IMG/VR virus record: IMGVR_UViG_3300009545_000018
Coordinates: 62,001-126,000 of that record
Strand: one strand, 5' to 3'
Length of the DNA: 64,000 nt
Shown: positions 58,224 through 64,000 of the stretch, piece after piece
Position numbering within the stretch: the stretch's first letter is position 1
Layout of the letters: each line of letters begins with the position of its first letter
Notes under the pieces: model-generated
Database searches by the model: none
What the model was told of the DNA's origin: nothing
What the model saw: only the letters and a program-made list of their open reading frames with translations
Program-made: the position numbers and the translations under genes

Positions 58224-58297
58224 GGGGCTGTGATATAATGCGATTATGTTGCCCTTGCAAGGCAAAAAAATGGGTTGGATTCCCATCAGCTCCACCA
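58224..58297 (+). tRNA. tRNA-Ala(TGC)
   Basis: G3:T70 pair, CT-TGC-AA, ACCA; T-loop TTGGATT. Confidence 0.9.
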
Positions 58298-58326
58298 ATT
58301 TATTATAATAATTAATCCGTCATTTC

Positions 58327-58761
58327 ATGATATATGAATTGGTCATGAGACCATTATTAACAATAAACGCTTACGGTTCTGTAATTGACAATAGCAGAAA
58401 AAATTATGCTGGAAATTATACTGGAGCTATGGGACCTATAGGACCTACGGGTCCAACAGGTCCAACAGGTCCTATAGGGGGCGCTTTTATCTCAGCTTCT
58501 ATACCAGCTATTGCTACAAATTCAACATCCGGTGCCTCTCTTGTTTGGAATGGTTCTGGAGCTGGATGGATCTCCTCATATATTTCTGGAGCTACTGCCG
58601 CTTCAGGATACGGAAAGTCTCTAACTCACGTGAATCCTTCAACTTCTGTCTCAGTTGGACCCAAATATATTTCTATATTAGGTGGTTCTTTTTATAAAGA
58701 CCAACCAGATGATTATCCAAAATACCGAAATATAATAAGCGGAAGCTTTATCAATAAATAA
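58327..58761 (+). CDS. Ser/Gly-rich protein with short collagen-like (GPT)n repeat
   Basis: GPIGPTGPTGPTGPIG. Confidence 0.55.
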   Translation: MIYELVMRPLLTINAYGSVIDNSRKNYAGNYTGAMGPIGPTGPTGPTGPIGGAFISASIPAIATNSTSGASLVWNGSGAGWISSYISGATAASGYGKSLTHVNPSTSVSVGPKYISILGGSFYKDQPDDYPKYRNIISGSFINK

Positions 58762-58835
58762 TCTTTCTACCATAACTAATGGTAATAAAAGAGAATAACA
58801 TCATGCAACTTAATTAATCTTTTAAGGGAATAAGT

Positions 58836-59711
58836 GTGATGTCTAATAAAGCTATAGAATCAGAAGATCTTCCAGAATTAGAGTTGATTGAAATGGACAA
58901 GCATTCTGAAGAAAAAATAAAGAGAATAAACAAAGACATTTTGGGATTACAGACCGAAAGTGACTTAGTACTTTTTAAACATATTCCAGAAATAGTAAAT
59001 AAATTAGATTATTTATCAAATAATTTTAATATTCTTAGAGACGATCATACTGATACTAATAGATTAGTACGTAAGATGTATTATGATCAAATACCATCTT
59101 TACATTCTAAAATAGATAGTCTGAATGATAAGTTAGATCTTCTTTGTAGTAAAATAGATAAGTTAATAAACAAATGATAGTATATTTAATTATCTTGATA
59201 TTGGCAATAGCTACTTCGATTTGTGCAGCAATGTATTGGACTGTTAAAATTGAGTTAAAACATTTACAAGATAATTTTCAGATTAAACTATTAGCCAAAC
59301 ATATTAGTTTAACAAGAGAAATAGAATCCCTTACTAAGATTAGGGCTAAGGAATTAGATTTTACTGAACTAGATAAAATCATAGAAAATTTAAGAAGGCT
59401 CCACAATGGATAATGATCTATTAGAGCGCGCGCTCGACAAACAAGAACTTTTTGAAAAGTCTCTTTTAGAATTAAGAGATATTTCTTATGCTCTAAAACT
59501 AAGTGTAAACACTCAAGAATTAGAGAATAGATATTTAAAGCAATCTGTAGAAGAGCTTAAAAAGATTCTTGAAAAAGAAGCAGAAAAAAGAGAACAAGAA
59601 AAACAGGCAGCTAAATCATCAGCTACCACAGTTAAAACTGCATTAATTACTGGCATATTAGGTTTTATTACTGCTACAGTAGTTGCAATTATTTCTTTGT
59701 TCAAACATTAA
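58836..59711 (+). CDS. three coiled-coil/TM proteins (58836-59177, 59174-59413, 59406-59711)
   Basis: heptad patterns; N- or C-terminal TM helices. Confidence 0.55.
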
Positions 59712-59727
59712 TAACTATTAAGTTGTC

Positions 59728-60108
59728 ATGCCAACACAAAAAGAAATATTAAATTCTTTGCGTTGCCCAATTTGTCAATCACAAATTGATGGAGTATCTT
59801 ATTCAATAAGATTTTATTGTGCCCAAGATCAAAAACATTATAATGTTTGGATTAAAGATGGTAAATTAAAAAAAGAAACTATTAATCTTTATGATTTAAA
59901 AAAATTATTAAAGTATGAATTAACGCAGACTTATGAGACTAATGGTGTTAAAACGATAATTATATTAGAAAATATTGATGCAGAGGGTAGGGAAATTTTC
60001 TCATTTGAGGAAAATTCTTATACAGCTAATCTTGCTTTATTTGATTTTAGAAATTTTAATTATGATAAAGCTATAAATAAAATAAAAACATTTTTAGTAT
60101 TTGGATAA
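59728..60108 (+). CDS. CPxC protein with extended KAF-like end
   Basis: CPIC...KIKTFLVFG. Confidence 0.6.
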   Translation: MPTQKEILNSLRCPICQSQIDGVSYSIRFYCAQDQKHYNVWIKDGKLKKETINLYDLKKLLKYELTQTYETNGVKTIIILENIDAEGREIFSFEENSYTANLALFDFRNFNYDKAINKIKTFLVFG

Positions 60109-60129
60109 TTTGTCTCTTAGGAGAATGTC

Positions 60130-61026
60130 ATGTCAAAGAAAAATTTAGCCAGAACAGCCATAGAAGGTGGTAGGGTTAACACTTGGGAACGTCGCCATTC
60201 CCATAATCAAGAACGCAGATCAATTAGAGAGTTTTGTCAAAAAGTTTTGATTGATCCAGAACTAGCTGAAGAAATTGATATTGAAGAAAAAGATTTAATT
60301 TGTAAAGAATTTCATGATAAATTAAATCCAATGTTTCGTTGGCTTCGTTCTAAAGTAGGTCAACCTTGGTCAGAAGTTCGTTCAGAAATAACTAAGAAAT
60401 TTGATGCTCGCACTACTGCTGGGCGTCATATTTTATATGACCATTTGTTATCTTCTGTTAATGATACTCAAAGTGGTTTTGATCAATATGGAAACATTAT
60501 CGATCCTACTATTGAAGTTATTGGTAAGAGAAAAGAAATTAAATATTATTTTGGTCGTCCTTATAATGAATTTTATGTTAATCAAGAAGGTATTCTTTGC
60601 AAAGTTATTCGAGAAAAATATCCTTATGCATTTGTTACAGAAATTGAATATAAAGAAGCTGGTGATTGGTTAAATGGAAGAATGATTGTAGACAAGGGTG
60701 GCGTCTTATTTTGGTGCTGCCCGATGGATGGCATTTGGAAAGCTTCGTGGTTTGACCCTAATGGTACTGTTCCACAATCTTATAAATTATTCTTGGGTTA
60801 TTATTTATTTGATAATGGCTTACATAAAGCTCCCGGATTTATAGGCTTTGACTGGGAAGAGACTTCAAACTTTACTGGCAAAATTCATAGTGATTACTGG
60901 AATTTAATTGAAAACCCATTCTCTTTTAAACAAAGAGGCTCATTATCTGAAGATGAATTAAAATTCTTTAAATCACTAAAGAAAAAGTTGCAAAAAGATA
61001 TTTTAGACTATACTAAAGGCAGATGA
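60130..61026 (+). CDS. hypothetical phage protein
   Basis: 298 aa, AGGAG SD. Confidence 0.6.
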   Translation: MSKKNLARTAIEGGRVNTWERRHSHNQERRSIREFCQKVLIDPELAEEIDIEEKDLICKEFHDKLNPMFRWLRSKVGQPWSEVRSEITKKFDARTTAGRHILYDHLLSSVNDTQSGFDQYGNIIDPTIEVIGKRKEIKYYFGRPYNEFYVNQEGILCKVIREKYPYAFVTEIEYKEAGDWLNGRMIVDKGGVLFWCCPMDGIWKASWFDPNGTVPQSYKLFLGYYLFDNGLHKAPGFIGFDWEETSNFTGKIHSDYWNLIENPFSFKQRGSLSEDELKFFKSLKKKLQKDILDYTKGR

Positions 61027-61932
61027 TTATTTAGTTAAATGATATTTATTTCTTGTTTTTAATCTATTTCTAATGGCTGTGCCATGAACTCCAAGTTGTT
61101 TTGCTACTTGCTCTATATTTGATAATTTTATCATCTCAATTAATTTATCATCATTTGGCCAATTTATTTTAGTATTAATATTTAATTTTTTTAATTTTCG
61201 TTTATCAATTATAGGAGATTTTTCATAAAAATCAATAATATTATATGCTAATTGCTCTTTTCTTTTTAAGCTAAGTTGCGATTTATCATAATAAATTAAA
61301 GATAAAAATTTATAAGCATTTTTTCCAATAACATATAAGGAATAACACTTATTTTTTTGTATGATTGGCTTGTTATCAACAATATTTGGTTTTGATTGTT
61401 TTTTCTCAGTTATTCCGGCTTTTATATTAATTGATGCCAAATAATTTTGAATTTTATTCAAGAAAATTAAAGAAGATGAAGTTAAACTACAAACTCTTTT
61501 AATTGATGTTTTATTTTTATATATTCCTATAGATCCATCACCATCAATACATCCTCTTAAAAAATCTCGTATATATATTTCTGGAATATTTGGGAAATCA
61601 ATAATTAATGTTTTTCTAGGAAAACAGCCATGGCTAATTAACCATTGAGCAATTTCATTGCGTATTATTCTAATTCCATAATAATTTTCTTTAAATTTAT
61701 GTAATTTGAGATTTGTACCAATAATATCTTTAATAGAATTAAGCCAGTCTTGATCGCAAGAACTTATTTGACAAGCAAATGTGTTTTTATTGTTTTTATA
61801 AACACACCCATCAGTATAAAACACTCCTAATAAATAATAGGAAATTTCATTTTCATTGTAAAATATGTTGTAATTATAATTATATTTTATACTCATAACA
61901 TGAGATATATCACCACTAACTATTTTTATCAC
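61027..61932 (-). CDS. LAGLIDADG homing endonuclease (double motif)
   Basis: YLLGVFYTDGCV and FLRGCIDGDGSI, C-terminal HTH; start may be 61896. Confidence 0.88.
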   Translation of the reverse strand: MIKIVSGDISHVMSIKYNYNYNIFYNENEISYYLLGVFYTDGCVYKNNKNTFACQISSCDQDWLNSIKDIIGTNLKLHKFKENYYGIRIIRNEIAQWLISHGCFPRKTLIIDFPNIPEIYIRDFLRGCIDGDGSIGIYKNKTSIKRVCSLTSSSLIFLNKIQNYLASINIKAGITEKKQSKPNIVDNKPIIQKNKCYSLYVIGKNAYKFLSLIYYDKSQLSLKRKEQLAYNIIDFYEKSPIIDKRKLKKLNINTKINWPNDDKLIEMIKLSNIEQVAKQLGVHGTAIRNRLKTRNKYHLTK

Positions 61933-61940
61933 ATTTTTAT

Positions 61941-62477
61941 ATGTCTTATGAGGATAATTTTATAGTTTATGGACCATATTTATCTAAGGATACTGGACGT
62001 AAAATAGTTATTGTAAAATCTAAAAAAGATGGTACAAAAAGAACGATGACTTATCCACGATGGTTACTTGAAGTTCATATGGAAAAACCATTAGATTCTG
62101 ATTTAACTGTGGATCATTGGGACTCAAATCATACTAATGATTCTATTGATAATTTTAAGTTATTTCCAAGATCTGAACATTCATCTAATGATACCAGACG
62201 TGTTAAATTAGTTAAATTCAAATGTAAATGGTGTGACAAAGATTTTGAAAGAAGTCCCCGTCTTATTAGAGATAAATCTAAAAAAGATAAAGCCGGACCC
62301 TTTTGTTCTAGACCTTGTGCTGGCAAATATAGCAGAAAAGTACAGCTCAAATTAATTGATCCAATGGAAGCTCAGCCCATGATAGAAAGCGAATATTATA
62401 AGAAAAAATATGCGTCAGCCATCAATGATATGGTTGATATTTATATTGATTTTTGCTGTGATGTTTGGGAAGAATAA
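61941..62477 (+). CDS. HNH homing endonuclease
   Basis: TVDHWDSNHTNDSIDN, CKWC..FCS..C. Confidence 0.8.
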   Translation: MSYEDNFIVYGPYLSKDTGRKIVIVKSKKDGTKRTMTYPRWLLEVHMEKPLDSDLTVDHWDSNHTNDSIDNFKLFPRSEHSSNDTRRVKLVKFKCKWCDKDFERSPRLIRDKSKKDKAGPFCSRPCAGKYSRKVQLKLIDPMEAQPMIESEYYKKKYASAINDMVDIYIDFCCDVWEE

Positions 62478-62529
62478 ATTAAAATATTTGCAGTCTTGAC
62501 TTTTATTATTTACATTTTATATTGATGAC

Positions 62530-63039
62530 ATGGAAAAATACAATTATACTATTAGAGATAATTATTTATTATTTTGGCACAGTCACTTTTCAAATTGGTA
62601 TCCAGCAAATTTTATAATTGACATTGCTGATGTGGGTACCATGAGATTTAATTGTGCCGAACAATATATGATGTATATGAAGGCAAAAACTTTTGATGAT
62701 AAATCTATAATGTCCAGTATTATTAATACAAATGATCCAAAAGAACAAAAAAGACTTGGTAGAGACGTTAAAAATTTTAATCCGATAGTTTGGGACAAAC
62801 TAAAAGAACCAGTAGTATATTATGCATGTTTGGCTAAGTATTCGCAGAATGAAGACCTTAAAAAGGACATTCTTGATACTAAAGATTTAATCTTAGTAGA
62901 AGCATCACCTTATGATAAAATTTGGGGAATTGGCATGGCAGAGAGTGATCCTGATGCTACTAATGAAAGTAAGTGGAAGGGTCAAAATTTATTAGGCAAA
63001 GCTTTAATGAAAGTAAGAAATACTTTGAGGTCTAAATGA
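62530..63039 (+). CDS. NADAR (YbiA/DUF1768) family hydrolase
   Basis: FSNWY, AEQYMMYMKA, KRLGR, LVEASPYDKIWGIG, GQNLLGKALM. Confidence 0.93.
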   Translation: MEKYNYTIRDNYLLFWHSHFSNWYPANFIIDIADVGTMRFNCAEQYMMYMKAKTFDDKSIMSSIINTNDPKEQKRLGRDVKNFNPIVWDKLKEPVVYYACLAKYSQNEDLKKDILDTKDLILVEASPYDKIWGIGMAESDPDATNESKWKGQNLLGKALMKVRNTLRSK

Positions 63040-63356
63040 AAAAAGATAATTTAAATAATTTTTTTAAAGGTTGGACGATTGGGAATATAACCCCAACACT
63101 TATCAAAACTAATGAATTTGAATTTGCTATAAAAAAATATAAAGCTGGAGATTTTGAAAATTTACATCATCATAAAATTGCCCAAGAAATTACATATATT
63201 ATTTCTGGTGAAGTTGAAATGAATGGTGAAAAATTTGTCGCTGATGATATTATAATTATTGACCCCAATGAAAGCACCGATTTCAAATGCTTATCAGATT
63301 CTATTACTGCAGTAATTAAATATCCCGGCGCCAATAACGATAAATATATAGATTAA
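63036..63356 (+). CDS. cupin-domain protein
   Basis: HHHKIAQEITYIISG. Confidence 0.75.
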   Translation: MKKDNLNNFFKGWTIGNITPTLIKTNEFEFAIKKYKAGDFENLHHHKIAQEITYIISGEVEMNGEKFVADDIIIIDPNESTDFKCLSDSITAVIKYPGANNDKYID

Positions 63357-63459
63357 AGAATTAACTTTAATTTTTTAAAATTTTGTATTGTTGACAAAAT
63401 TTTTTTAGTGGCTAAACTAGTTGCGGTAAAAAGACTAAAATGTCTAAAAATTATTTTAA

Positions 63460-63747
63460 TTGGAGTCAATTATGAATCAAGAAGTTACATCATTAATCAA
63501 AAATATTGAAATTGTATTTAGTGCTACTGAAACCAACTTACAAGCTATGAGTGTTGGTGAACGTATTCAAATGAAAGATTTAACAGCTGCCGTGGGGCTA
63601 GCTGTTGCAAAAGATCCTAAAGATATTTTGCCTTTCGTAAGCTATTTTGTCCATAACACCTCCTTAGCTTATGTTAGCCGAGGTAAAAATGGCGGAATCA
63701 TTCGTGGAGCCAAGTCAGTAAAGAACGAATCAACTCAAACAGTTTAA
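63460..63747 (+). CDS. putative winged-helix protein, paralog of 26332-26694
   Basis: ATETNL..S..Q..L ... VSRGKNGGII; preceded by TTGACA-N16-TAAACT. Confidence 0.55.
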   Translation: MESIMNQEVTSLIKNIEIVFSATETNLQAMSVGERIQMKDLTAAVGLAVAKDPKDILPFVSYFVHNTSLAYVSRGKNGGIIRGAKSVKNESTQTV

Positions 63748-63771
63748 TTTAACTTTATAAATTATTACTTG

Positions 63772-63800
63772 AGGCTGGACTTGTTCCAGCCTTTTTATTT
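63772..63800 (+). terminator. intrinsic terminator
   Basis: AGGCTGGA-CTTGT-TCCAGCCT-TTTT. Confidence 0.85.
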
Positions 63801-63827
63801 AGAGTTTTGAAAAAAGGTTAGAAAATT

Positions 63828-64000
63828 ATGAAAGAACACAATTATTTATTTACAAAATATATTCTACCAAACTTAGGAAAAAAACAAGATGATGTTTTTT
63901 CCATACTAGAAAGGGGGCACCCAGGTTTATTAGTTTATTTTTTAAATAATCCATCTATTATTATAGATGAAACGGAGCACTTTCCCGTGTATGTTCCTAC
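63828..64000 (+). CDS. partial ORF running off window
   Basis: ATG 63828, open to end. Confidence 0.45.
   Translation, partial: MKEHNYLFTKYILPNLGKKQDDVFSILERGHPGLLVYFLNNPSIIIDETEHFPVYVP

Noticed and set aside
2582-62798. Short shadow ORFs antisense or out of frame within well-supported genes (e.g. 5021-5293, 21393-21575, 30446-30658, 40153-40458, 62583-62798)
   Set aside because: Fully overlapped by genes with clear family motifs; no independent support.
1-64000. Alternative genetic code (TAG reassigned)
   Set aside because: Genes are intact under the standard code, several end cleanly in TAG, and no suppressor tRNA was seen.

Overview
This looks like a 64-kb accessory/tRNA segment of a very AT-rich large (jumbo-type) phage genome. 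It has densely packed, almost entirely plus-strand ORFs, standard genetic code, sigma70-like promoters and no core structural genes. Recognisable genes include LysRS, PanD, CoaD, Ro60/TROVE, a PARG-like protein (TIGR02452), NADAR, NUDIX hydrolases, an NMN-adenylyltransferase-like fusion, YgiB/YgiC, LemA/SPFH/TPM, a SpoU methylase, two DNA methylases, a 5'-3' exonuclease and five homing endonucleases. Three patterns stand out. (1) Eight dispersed ncRNA candidates share a co-varying two-stem terminal scaffold (A-AUGC..stem..UACAUU / ..YUUG-U) carrying variable cargo, and one cargo is a circularly permuted tRNA. This is the Y RNA architecture, and a Ro60 gene lies in the same window. (2) There is a set of atypical tRNA-like RNAs: anticodon-loop insertions, swapped T54/A58 pairs, CCA-ended minihelices and a 281-nt CCA-ended RNA. 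(3) About 33 otherwise diverse small proteins end in the same C-terminal K-hydrophobic-K-A-F-hydrophobic peptide, encoded with varied codons. All RNA folds were read by eye and all protein calls come from motif recognition; no searches were run.
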